This document shows, one piece after another, positions 39,033 through 47,767 of a stretch of DNA of 64,000 nt. Origin of the DNA: a virus. Both the position numbers and the translations under genes were made by a program. The stretch's first letter is position 1; the number at the start of each line of letters is the position of its first letter. The DNA lies in the IMG/VR virus record IMGVR_UViG_3300030419_007436, positions 1-64,000 of that record. One strand, 5' to 3'. Under the pieces are notes generated by a model that had not been told where the DNA came from, did not search any database, and saw nothing but the letters and a program-made list of their open reading frames with translations.

Positions 39033-39619
39033 TTAAAAATCCTCATATTTGTTAAATCTGGCCAATCTGAAATTGTCCATTGTTTTGGTTTGTTGTTGAT
39101 CGCCTCTGGCAATCTTTCTAGCCCCAAGGCTGCAGTTTCTGGTGTCATATAATAATGGTATCCCATTGAAGATATATTTTGCTCTCTCCATGGAATATTT
39201 GGCAACCTTCCGTCATATGACATTTTTTTTAATTCTTCTTGTGCTGTTTTATTGTCTGTTAAAATCATTCCGCCGCGGCCAAGACTTAAATGCTTCCTGT
39301 ATTGAAAACTCAAACACATAAACGTCTTAGGAATATAGCTGTCTTTTTTCCATAGGACCGCGGCATCTATAATATTTGTATTTCCTAAATAATAATAATC
39401 ATTCCAATTCTCCTCTCTCCATTCAAAATCAATATCTATTTTTCTTGCCAAAAAAGGAACAGATATGTATGTATGTTTTGGTATTGTTATTTTTGTTGGC
39501 TTTTCATATCTTAAACAAAGCTCCAATGCATGTGTACAACAATCAACTGCAATTCCGTGGGGCGCGCCGAAAAACTTAGCCACTTGTTGTTCAAATTTTT
39601 CTACAAGATCAAAACTCAT
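39029..39619 (-). CDS. Short DegT/DnrJ/EryC1/StrS-family PLP aminotransferase-like protein, 196 aa
   Basis: FEQQVAKFFGAPHGIAVDCCTHALEL, IIDAA, LSFQYRKHLSLGRGGMILTD, GYHYYMT..AALG; about half the usual family length. Confidence 0.8.
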   Translation of the reverse strand: MSFDLVEKFEQQVAKFFGAPHGIAVDCCTHALELCLRYEKPTKITIPKHTYISVPFLARKIDIDFEWREENWNDYYYLGNTNIIDAAVLWKKDSYIPKTFMCLSFQYRKHLSLGRGGMILTDNKTAQEELKKMSYDGRLPNIPWREQNISSMGYHYYMTPETAALGLERLPEAINNKPKQWTISDWPDLTNMRIFK

Positions 39620-40155
39620 TTTGTTGCCTCAACGTTTAAACTTATAAGAGTACCACTTTCTTTATCCATGTGAGGCTTGTATGCTTGAGAATGATCATCA
39701 AAAGATGCATGCTCTGTTTCTTTCCAATCATAGGTCTCAACATTAAGAAAGCCGCACTGCTCTAACAAATCAGATAAACTATTAAAATCATAAGTTGTTT
39801 TATGGTATATGGTTTTATCACCCATTTCCATTTTTCCATATAAAGGCCCCAAAAATTCTTCCAAACTATAAGCTTTATAACAATAGAGATTGACCATCGA
39901 TTCAAAGTCTGGTACTGCAACTCTCAATATTCCATTCGGCTTGAGTACACGATACCACTCTTTTAAGACAAGCTCCGCTTCTTTTCTGTCAAAATATTCT
40001 AAAACATGAGACGCATATATTAAATCAACAGTATTATTATCGAAATTTAGTCTCGTGATATCATAGTCATTTAAATGATCATAATCGCCGCCATCGATGT
40101 GCACCCAATCTTTTCCAAAATTTCTCCAACCGCAACCTAAATGTAATTTTATCAT
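39616..40155 (-). CDS. Class I SAM-dependent methyltransferase, 179 aa
   Basis: KLHLGCG, VDLIYASHVLEY, EWYRVLKPNGILRVAVPD. Confidence 0.88.
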   Translation of the reverse strand: MIKLHLGCGWRNFGKDWVHIDGGDYDHLNDYDITRLNFDNNTVDLIYASHVLEYFDRKEAELVLKEWYRVLKPNGILRVAVPDFESMVNLYCYKAYSLEEFLGPLYGKMEMGDKTIYHKTTYDFNSLSDLLEQCGFLNVETYDWKETEHASFDDHSQAYKPHMDKESGTLISLNVEATK

Positions 40156-40559
40156 ATAAATTCTTTATCCTGTTCAATGCCTAAGTACGGCCCAGTTTTG
40201 TATTCATATACCAAAGTGTCATCTTCCAATATTTCATACGTGTGGCCACCATATAAGGTAATACTACAATCTCCAGCATCTAAAATTTCTTCAGAAACAA
40301 CTTTGTCATCCAAATCATATAAAATAGCCTTTACTTTTCCGCTTATTACCGCCCACGATTCTTGGGCTATTGTAGTTGTTTTTTCACAAAAAACATGTTT
40401 GTGGGGCTTAAATGTCTTTCCCTTCGGTAAGCGCATCGCGGCTAACTGAATAAATTCTTTATCCTCAACAACATTAAGCCTTTCAGTTTGAACGCTGTCT
40501 TTTTTTAAAATTATATGTAATAACGTCTCTGGTTCAACTTTAGAATAAATTTTTTTCAT
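40152..40559 (-). CDS. Cupin-fold protein (WbuC-like / sugar isomerase), 135 aa
   Basis: FKPHKH...QESWAVISG...GGHTY...EYKTGPY cupin motifs. Confidence 0.75.
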   Translation of the reverse strand: MKKIYSKVEPETLLHIILKKDSVQTERLNVVEDKEFIQLAAMRLPKGKTFKPHKHVFCEKTTTIAQESWAVISGKVKAILYDLDDKVVSEEILDAGDCSITLYGGHTYEILEDDTLVYEYKTGPYLGIEQDKEFI

Positions 40560-40583
40560 GATAATGATTATACTGTAATACTG

Positions 40584-40952
40584 TCAATAATTTAAAGAAT
40601 TATCTATAAAATCTAGCACGTAGTCCCAAGAGCTTTTTTTACCTCTTTCAAATCTAATTGCTTTGTCATCAATATAACATTTAGCAGGCAATTTTGTATT
40701 TGATATCTCGTCAAAATAGTGAAGCATGTCTTGTTCTACAAGCCATTTTTTAATTGGTTCGGGGGGTCGACAAGAAACAATAACAAGCCGATATCCATTG
40801 CTCTTTAGCTTTTCTAATGCCTCTCTCGTGCCCTCTGTTGGCTTATCATAGACATTTTGTTGTCCCTTAAACCCCTTAGAATATCGATGGATAACACCAT
40901 CAAAATCTATAGCAATTGTTTTGTCTTTAACTTTTACGTCAATTTCTTTCAT
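40584..40952 (-). CDS. Small HAD-superfamily phosphatase, 122 aa
   Basis: IAIDFDGVI (DxD motif I), IVSCR, YIDDKA (motif IV). Confidence 0.85.
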   Translation of the reverse strand: MKEIDVKVKDKTIAIDFDGVIHRYSKGFKGQQNVYDKPTEGTREALEKLKSNGYRLVIVSCRPPEPIKKWLVEQDMLHYFDEISNTKLPAKCYIDDKAIRFERGKKSSWDYVLDFIDNSLNY

Positions 40953-41680
40953 GATATACTCTCAATTATAAAATTTTCTAATGTTTTCAAAGAGTGTTTT
41001 ATATCCTCTTTGTCTGTTTCAATAGCAAGATCTTCGATTTCTGGTTCATCAAACGGGTCAGATATACCAGTAAAGTTGTATACTTTATCTGGATCTCCAT
41101 CTGGAAGGAGCGCCCTTTTATATAAGCCTTTCGTGTCTCTTCTCTTTAATTCATCCAGTCCGCACTTAATGTAAACCAGTTTTGAATCAGGTATAGTTTT
41201 TTTAATGTGGTTTCGAGTGGAGTTGTAAGGGTTGATTGCAGACATTATACATACAACATTGTTTCTTCCTAAAACCTTGCCAACAAAAGAGAGTCTCCTT
41301 ATGTTTTCTTCTCGATCTCCCTTTGAAAAACCCAAGTCTCTACATAAGTTTTCCCTGTATTCGTCTCCATCGATGACTTCTACTTTAATGCCGCGGCTTT
41401 GAAGCCTTTTTTTAACTGCCATGGCTAAAGTTGTTTTTCCGGCTCCAGACATTCCCGTCAGTTGAATATAGAGTCCCTTGGTTTTTCCCCACTTTATTTT
41501 GTTCCACACTCTTTCATGAAGCATGAATAAACAGAGCATCAAAAGGTGATACACAATTGCAACAAAGCTGGTTTGTTTAATAGAGCCTGTAATAATAAAA
41601 GCAACTAAAGATAGGATAAAAAATCCTAAAACTTTCCAGCTAACTGCTTTTGTAAAACTTCTTTTTTTTGAATCAATCAT
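40949..41680 (-). CDS. cysC: Adenylyl-sulfate (APS) kinase with an N-terminal DUF2061-like membrane domain, 243 aa
   Basis: LTGMSGAGKTT, IDGDEYRENLCRDLGFSKGDREENIRR, ISAINPY-like MSAINPY, RRDTKGLYKRA, NFTGISDPFDEP. The N-terminus KRSFTKAVSWKV...LHERVWNKIKWG is DUF2061-like. Confidence 0.9.
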   Translation of the reverse strand: MIDSKKRSFTKAVSWKVLGFFILSLVAFIITGSIKQTSFVAIVYHLLMLCLFMLHERVWNKIKWGKTKGLYIQLTGMSGAGKTTLAMAVKKRLQSRGIKVEVIDGDEYRENLCRDLGFSKGDREENIRRLSFVGKVLGRNNVVCIMSAINPYNSTRNHIKKTIPDSKLVYIKCGLDELKRRDTKGLYKRALLPDGDPDKVYNFTGISDPFDEPEIEDLAIETDKEDIKHSLKTLENFIIESIS

Positions 41681-41683
41681 AAT

Positions 41684-42424
41684 TTAAAACCTATGTGTCG
41701 GATAATCCTTGTATTTTGTTAATTTATCAATATGTGGGTATCGATCTTCTATATATTCACAATCTTCATAGAGCGCTCGGACCAGTTCATGATCAATGCC
41801 CTCAAAAAAAGTATATAATATTGGAATGTTCATTTTCCTCGTGTGATAATAAGATTCCAAGTGTGCATTAAAGATTTTGTATTCTTCCCAATAATCATAT
41901 AAAGTTGAAAACTTATCCATGTTTTCAGAACTAGAAAAAAACCAATAATCTAAAAGCATGTTACTAGTTTTTGTTTTAATCGGATCGTGGTCATCGCATG
42001 GGGCGTAAAAGAAACTATTATCATAATTAGAAAAATTTAATTCCCTAAGAAACGCCAAATCGAACCTTGTTAACAAGACCCAATCATATTTAAAATTATT
42101 TTCTTCTTCATGTTGTTTTTTTAATTCCATGACCTTTTTTGTAGAATACCACCTACTTTTAAGAAACTCTTTTCTTCTGTTCTCCTGATTAAAAGCTAGC
42201 TGCTTTTCAAATATGCTTTTTTTTGGTTCATAATCTCTTATTATTTCACTCTCGTAATTTTCACTCCAAGAATGTATGAACACATCTACGTTATTAACAC
42301 CCATTACATGTTTTTTAAAGTGTTGAAGGGCAATCCTATAATCCACATCGCCCTTCCATTCATAGTCTTTTTTATTTTTATACACGTTTCCCACAACGCC
42401 GCATATACAAAGAGCAATTCTCAT
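41684..42424 (-). CDS. Hypothetical protein, putative glycosyltransferase-like, 246 aa
   Basis: RIALCICG, VDVFIHSW, YDWVLLTRFDL is a pattern I recall from viral glycan loci. Function is inferred from context. Confidence 0.5.
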   Translation of the reverse strand: MRIALCICGVVGNVYKNKKDYEWKGDVDYRIALQHFKKHVMGVNNVDVFIHSWSENYESEIIRDYEPKKSIFEKQLAFNQENRRKEFLKSRWYSTKKVMELKKQHEEENNFKYDWVLLTRFDLAFLRELNFSNYDNSFFYAPCDDHDPIKTKTSNMLLDYWFFSSSENMDKFSTLYDYWEEYKIFNAHLESYYHTRKMNIPILYTFFEGIDHELVRALYEDCEYIEDRYPHIDKLTKYKDYPTHRF

Positions 42425-43431
42425 TGAGTGTTCTCCGTCTTTTTAACGTAATCTACAACCCTTTTAATTCCTTCGTCTAAATCAACCTCTGGTTTCCAAT
42501 TTAATACTGTGTGTGATTTTTCATTAGATCCTAAGCTATATTTGTTTACTTCACTTTCTACTCTTTCTTTGCTTAGAGTGTATTCTCCAGAAAATAACTG
42601 TGGGTATTTGTCCCAGAAACTATCAGCTTTTTCAAACCTGGGTTCAATAAAAAAATCAAAATGATTACAAAAAATATTATAAATTTCTTTTACAGAATAG
42701 GCTTTTCCAGAAGCGACATTAAAAACCTCTCCTGATATATCATTTCTCTTCAAACAGATTTCAACGAGCCTTATGAGATCATCTACATACACATAGTCTC
42801 TTTTTTGTTCTCCATCGGAATAAAAAGTTGGTTGAGTTTTATTTAATAGACACTTTGTTATATATCCCAAAAGAGGAGGGTGTTTTCTCCTAAAATCTTG
42901 GTGGGGACCATAAACATTAAAGAAGCGGAGCAAAACAACATCCATCCCATAAGCTGAAACATATGATTTACATAGAATTTCGCACTGGCGCTTACTTATA
43001 GCGTATATCAGATCAGGTTCTTTTTCTAAATCATTTTCAACAAATGGGGCGTTTTTACAATTTTCATATAGCGCACTTGTGCTGGCAAATATAAACTTTT
43101 TAACTCCCATTCTTCTAGAGGCATCTAACATATTAGCAGTTCCGCATAAATTATTATCTAGAGCATTAACTGGGTTGGACTGGCAATCTGGGAGTGGCGC
43201 AATGCCAGCCATGTGAATTACTGCATCTACTCCTTCTAAATGTTTATAGATATCTTTATCTCTCACATCTTTTTTTATAAAAGTTCCAATATTTTTTCCA
43301 TCAACAGATAAATTATCTGCATGTCCATAGCTCATATTGTCTAAAAGAATAATTTCATTTCCAGATTTTTCTAAATTGTATCCTATTTGAGACCCTATAA
43401 ATCCGGCACCACCCGTAATAAGAATTTTCAT
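42421..43431 (-). CDS. NAD-dependent nucleotide-sugar epimerase/dehydratase/reductase (extended SDR), 336 aa
   Basis: ILITGGAGFIGS, FASTSALY, YAISK, LRFFNVYGP, RDYVYVDD. Confidence 0.9.
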   Translation of the reverse strand: MKILITGGAGFIGSQIGYNLEKSGNEIILLDNMSYGHADNLSVDGKNIGTFIKKDVRDKDIYKHLEGVDAVIHMAGIAPLPDCQSNPVNALDNNLCGTANMLDASRRMGVKKFIFASTSALYENCKNAPFVENDLEKEPDLIYAISKRQCEILCKSYVSAYGMDVVLLRFFNVYGPHQDFRRKHPPLLGYITKCLLNKTQPTFYSDGEQKRDYVYVDDLIRLVEICLKRNDISGEVFNVASGKAYSVKEIYNIFCNHFDFFIEPRFEKADSFWDKYPQLFSGEYTLSKERVESEVNKYSLGSNEKSHTVLNWKPEVDLDEGIKRVVDYVKKTENTQ

Positions 43432-44483
43432 AATATATAATTCTCCAAATAATCATTTCGTTTGCAAGATATTGAATGGCACGAGGGATATGGGTTTGTG
43501 TTTGAAAAATCATTCACTATAATCCGTTGTCCGTGATTGCAACCAGATATTATTTGCTTATATTTTATCCCTCTAAGCTTCATGTAGTCCTTGAATTGCT
43601 TAAGATACTTTTCTGTTCTAGACGTCATAAAAATTAATTCATAACCACTATCGGACAGCTTTTTTAGTGTCATAATGTTTTTTTCTATTGGCTCAAAAGT
43701 ATTTGACCAGTTTTTCTTGCCATATTTTCCATAGTTTTTTAAAAGAACACCATCAATATCAAAAATATAAGTTTTATGCTTCCTTACTTCTTTAAACCAA
43801 TCATCTTTTGTTCCCCAGTCAACGAACTTATCACCCTCTATGTATTCAAAAACCATCTTGTCTTCTAGGATTAAATACGAAATCACATGACTGACATATA
43901 TTTCTGAACTACTAATATTAACATGACTATTATGAATTTTATCATAAGCGCTAACAAAGTTCTCGGCTATAGTAGAATAAACGCCAAGGCAAATAATATT
44001 AGAAACAATTTCTTTCTCTACAATATCTAATACTATATCATCATCGTTTTTAACAATAAAGCTCTTTGATTGTATGTTATCAACCTTAGAATCGTGGTCG
44101 ACCGTTAAACCTACTATAAAATTTTTATTTTTTGAAAAAGAACATTCTACAAGACAGTCAGAATCCTTAATTACAACCTGATCTGTTACTTCACATTCTT
44201 TAATTGTTTTGTAAACTGTTTCTGAAGCAGAAGAAGTAGGATTTTCTAATACCAATATTTCAATATTTTCTCCGAAAGCTTGTCTCAGGATAATATCAAC
44301 GTTATGTGTATCACAATGATCTCTTATTACGGTTATGATCACTCTATCAAATTTTTTATAATTAATAGAATTCATTACCTTTTGTATCATAAGATCTCCG
44401 TCTGGATGGGTTAGCGTCCACTTTGGCCTCATGTTTGGGTATCTTGAAGATTTTCCCGCTGCCGGTATTATTAGAGTTTTCAC
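43428..44483 (-). CDS. Sugar-phosphate nucleotidyltransferase fused to a C-terminal HAD phosphatase, 351 aa
   Basis: LIIPAAGKSSRYPNMRPKW, IKDSDC, DWGT..DW; the C-terminal domain starts TYIFDIDGVL and has FMTSR and IIVND. Confidence 0.8.
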   Translation of the reverse strand: MKTLIIPAAGKSSRYPNMRPKWTLTHPDGDLMIQKVMNSINYKKFDRVIITVIRDHCDTHNVDIILRQAFGENIEILVLENPTSSASETVYKTIKECEVTDQVVIKDSDCLVECSFSKNKNFIVGLTVDHDSKVDNIQSKSFIVKNDDDIVLDIVEKEIVSNIICLGVYSTIAENFVSAYDKIHNSHVNISSSEIYVSHVISYLILEDKMVFEYIEGDKFVDWGTKDDWFKEVRKHKTYIFDIDGVLLKNYGKYGKKNWSNTFEPIEKNIMTLKKLSDSGYELIFMTSRTEKYLKQFKDYMKLRGIKYKQIISGCNHGQRIIVNDFSNTNPYPSCHSISCKRNDYLENYIL

Positions 44484-45292
44484 GATATATAAAATTTCCC
44501 TGATAAGTGATTTAAACTATTTTCTAAGAAGAATTTGGTGTCCTTGTTTTTTGCATAAGGAAAAATTCTTAATAGATTTAATATCAACATCCTCTTTATA
44601 AGCTCAAATTTTTCTTTACCAACAAAGCTTTTTAATTGTTCATAAAGAAAAATGTTTTTAATAAAAGGCTTCTTTCTTTGATTGCGCCAAGACCACATAA
44701 TTAACATATCTTGCAACAACTTAGAATAATCAATTATGTTGGTATTAACAAATGAATCTAAAAAGTCAATTAAATAAATTTTTCCCTTGTAAATTAACAC
44801 ATTTTCAAAAGTTAAGTCTCCATGACAAAAACCAGACTCAACCATGCTCCAATCATATTTTAAACAATAATTAATGTATTTTTCATCAATACCTTGCACA
44901 AGACTAGAAATATTTAATATTTTCTTTTCCATTTCATCGACGATGTTTACATGCTTTCTTTCTCCATTATTTTGTATAAATAAAAATATTTCTAATATGA
45001 TGAAATCAATATCTTTTTTACTGTTGAAAGACATGTACTTGTTTAATGATATACCATTTATATATTCCATATCAAAATAAAACAAGCCGTTATTTATTCC
45101 GCAATCATATATTTTTGGAGTTTTAATTGTGTTGCTCGAAGGACAAAAACCCTTCTGTTTGAGCATTTGTTTTTCTAGTCTGTCATTATATTTTGTTGAG
45201 CCGGATGTTTTTCTTACATATTTTCCCCTGGAGTTTTCACGTAATTCTATATTACATCCAGAGTGGCCATTTAATTTTCTTATTATAGACAT
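44480..45292 (-). CDS. Aminoglycoside-phosphotransferase/choline-kinase-like sugar kinase, 270 aa
   Basis: LNGHSGC, FDMEYING, CHGDLTFENVL, IYLIDFLD, DYSKLLQD. Confidence 0.8.
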   Translation of the reverse strand: MSIIRKLNGHSGCNIELRENSRGKYVRKTSGSTKYNDRLEKQMLKQKGFCPSSNTIKTPKIYDCGINNGLFYFDMEYINGISLNKYMSFNSKKDIDFIILEIFLFIQNNGERKHVNIVDEMEKKILNISSLVQGIDEKYINYCLKYDWSMVESGFCHGDLTFENVLIYKGKIYLIDFLDSFVNTNIIDYSKLLQDMLIMWSWRNQRKKPFIKNIFLYEQLKSFVGKEKFELIKRMLILNLLRIFPYAKNKDTKFFLENSLNHLSGKFYIS

Positions 45293-45294
45293 AT

Positions 45295-46164
45295 TTATTT
45301 ATCATAATATCGTCTAAATGAAAATTCTATACTATCAATAAAGTTATTCTTTGCAATTTGGAAATTATTTTTAATTGCATTCATTCTTTTCTTGTAATCA
45401 GACATGGTTAAATTATCCACAATATTTAATAAGTCTTCACGACCTTTAAAAAATATAATTCCATCCGGATCAAAATATTCTGATATTTTTTTAGCTCCCA
45501 TATATATTGGTACAACCCCTGTTAAAAAACAATCTATTATTTTTTCTGAAAAATAGTGATCAGACACATGATTTTCAATTGTGATTGAAAAAGCATAATC
45601 CCTCATAGCCTCTATTTTTCCAACAACATCTGGTAAAGGGTTGTGGCCAGTACCAAAAAGGTCAGGAACAAACTTTGGTCGGCCGGAGACTATCCGACGA
45701 CTATAAAAATGATTTAATAGGTTCACGCGATTCTTTTGCAAAGGAGTCCAGTTTTTAGTTGAACACACATAAGAACACAGCTTTGTTTTCTCAAATATTT
45801 GCCAATTTTCTTTTGGCCATATAAAAGTACCTCCGGCCGGAGTAATCCATGCCTTTGGGCCCAAAGAGTTTATGGAAATATCATCATATGTTACAACATA
45901 ATCAAAATTATGGTGATTTTTATCTATCCAATCATAAAACCATGGAACTATGCAGCGACAATCAGTTATTAATGCGACTTTGACATCTGACTCGGTTTTA
46001 TCAAACTCTTCCATTGCATCATTGATAAAATAAGTTAATTCATTATTATCTGGTTTATTATAAACAACATCAAATCTTTCAGATCCCGGGCCGCGCGTTA
46101 AAGATTCTTTAGAATACCAACCGTCCGCGCCTACAATATTTATTGTTTTTTTATTTTCTTTCAA
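45295..46164 (-). CDS. GT10-like (alpha-1,3/4-fucosyltransferase-type) glycosyltransferase, 289 aa
   Basis: YAFSITIENHVSDHYFSEKIIDCFLTGVVPIYMG matches the GT10 fucosyltransferase motif (Y.F.L.FEN....Y.TEK......PIY.G). Confidence 0.75.
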   Translation of the reverse strand: MKENKKTINIVGADGWYSKESLTRGPGSERFDVVYNKPDNNELTYFINDAMEEFDKTESDVKVALITDCRCIVPWFYDWIDKNHHNFDYVVTYDDISINSLGPKAWITPAGGTFIWPKENWQIFEKTKLCSYVCSTKNWTPLQKNRVNLLNHFYSRRIVSGRPKFVPDLFGTGHNPLPDVVGKIEAMRDYAFSITIENHVSDHYFSEKIIDCFLTGVVPIYMGAKKISEYFDPDGIIFFKGREDLLNIVDNLTMSDYKKRMNAIKNNFQIAKNNFIDSIEFSFRRYYDK

Positions 46165-47767
46165 TTAATAATCCTAGCTCATAAAAATATAAATAATCAA
46201 TTTGAGTTCCCAAAAAGCAGTTAATTGCATCCTTGGGAGTTTCAACGATTGGCTCTCTATCGTTGAAACTTGTATTAAGCAATATTGGCACACCTGTTTT
46301 TTTAAAAAATGTGTCTATCAAACCATAATACCATTCATTATCATTTTTTGTAACAGTCTGTAGTCTTGCAGTGTTGTTGAAGTGTACCACCGCCGGGACT
46401 TTTTCTTTTGCCTCATCTAAAAACTTTATTGCAAAAGACATATATGGGCTGTCTATATCCCTTACAAACCAATTTTTTACCTCTTCTCTGAGGATAGACG
46501 GAGCGAATGGCCTAAACCACTGTCTATGCTTTACTCTCTCATTAACAATATCTTTTGTTTCTGCGTGTCTTGGATCTGCTAAGATACTTCTGTTTCCGAG
46601 GGCGCGGCGTCCGGATTCGGAGCCCCCACCGTAAACTGATACTATTTTTTTATCAATCAACAAATCTACCACATTTTCATCACTAGCTTCTGATATTTTA
46701 ATTTCTCCCGCTGTGACTCTTGAAAATATTTCAGCTTTAATTAATGATTCTTGGTGTCTCTCTCCTAAGTATGAAGAAGAATTATCTTCCCACGTTATTC
46801 TTGGGTTGTCTAAAATATGGTGCCACAAATATCTTGGAGCACCGAGGGCTAGTCCAGCGTCATATGGTATTGGATCCGCATAAATATTATCAATTTCGTT
46901 TTCAAACCAATCATATATTTTTCCAGCAACTACACAGTTCAAAGAAACACCGCCAGAAATACACAAATTTCTTTTTTTAGATTTTCCAACATATTCAGAA
47001 AGAAGATCTTTTATTCTCGCCTCTGTTGCTCTTTGAAGCGCAGCTGCAACATCAAATTTATTATTTTCATTTATGGACGCAAGTTCTTTATATTTTTGAT
47101 AATCAAAATTTTGATTATTATTATAGGATGAAAGATGTTCGTAGAACTGTTTAAAATATTTTTTATGATTCCCTAGGGCGCCCATGGCCATGACTGTTCC
47201 AGCCTGATGTCCTTTTGGATATCCCGCGGACAAGCCAAAAATATCTTTAGTACATCTAGACCAAAATCCTCCAATGTTTGTTGCTTTTTTCTCGCCGTCA
47301 TCAGAAAGGACATCAACTCGATTAATCTTATTACCACTGCCCTCCCAAACTGTAAAGTGTGCTGATACAACATTGTTGCCTTCTTTTTCTTCTCCGCCGC
47401 CATCAATTGTTATAATGAGGGCATCTTCAAAGTTACTAGAAAAGAAAGCGTTTGCGGCGTGCGCCTGGTGATGTCCAACAATAACAATTTTTCCATCATT
47501 CTTTTTGACAATATCTTCCATTTTTTTCCAAGTATTAGGAAATCTTGTGTGTGGGCCACCATGCCAAAGATCAATACCAGTTGTAAAATACTTTATATTC
47601 TTAAAATCATCATATTCCTTAAAAAGAAATTCTAAAGAATCCCCAATTGGTTCTTTAAGTCTTATATATCTTTCAAGCTCTGCGTGAATTTGTGGTATAC
47701 CATTTTCAAGGACGCCAAAAGAACAGTCATGTCCTGAATGAAATCCGGCAATTAATGTTTTATCCAT
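46151..47767 (-). CDS. Carbamoyltransferase (NodU/CmcH/TobZ family), 538 aa
   Basis: GHDCSF, GHHQAHAA.AFFSS.F, TIDGGGE, SGGVSLNCV, DAGLALGA, ESGRRALGNRSILADPR, VKHRQWFRPFAPS, PILLNTSFN. Confidence 0.93.
   Translation of the reverse strand: MDKTLIAGFHSGHDCSFGVLENGIPQIHAELERYIRLKEPIGDSLEFLFKEYDDFKNIKYFTTGIDLWHGGPHTRFPNTWKKMEDIVKKNDGKIVIVGHHQAHAANAFFSSNFEDALIITIDGGGEEKEGNNVVSAHFTVWEGSGNKINRVDVLSDDGEKKATNIGGFWSRCTKDIFGLSAGYPKGHQAGTVMAMGALGNHKKYFKQFYEHLSSYNNNQNFDYQKYKELASINENNKFDVAAALQRATEARIKDLLSEYVGKSKKRNLCISGGVSLNCVVAGKIYDWFENEIDNIYADPIPYDAGLALGAPRYLWHHILDNPRITWEDNSSSYLGERHQESLIKAEIFSRVTAGEIKISEASDENVVDLLIDKKIVSVYGGGSESGRRALGNRSILADPRHAETKDIVNERVKHRQWFRPFAPSILREEVKNWFVRDIDSPYMSFAIKFLDEAKEKVPAVVHFNNTARLQTVTKNDNEWYYGLIDTFFKKTGVPILLNTSFNDREPIVETPKDAINCFLGTQIDYLYFYELGLLIERK

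Noticed and set aside
40567-40587. TTGACA...TATAAT upstream of the cupin gene
   Set aside because: The spacer is only 9 nt and TTGACA includes the HAD gene's TGA stop, so it is not a canonical sigma70 promoter.
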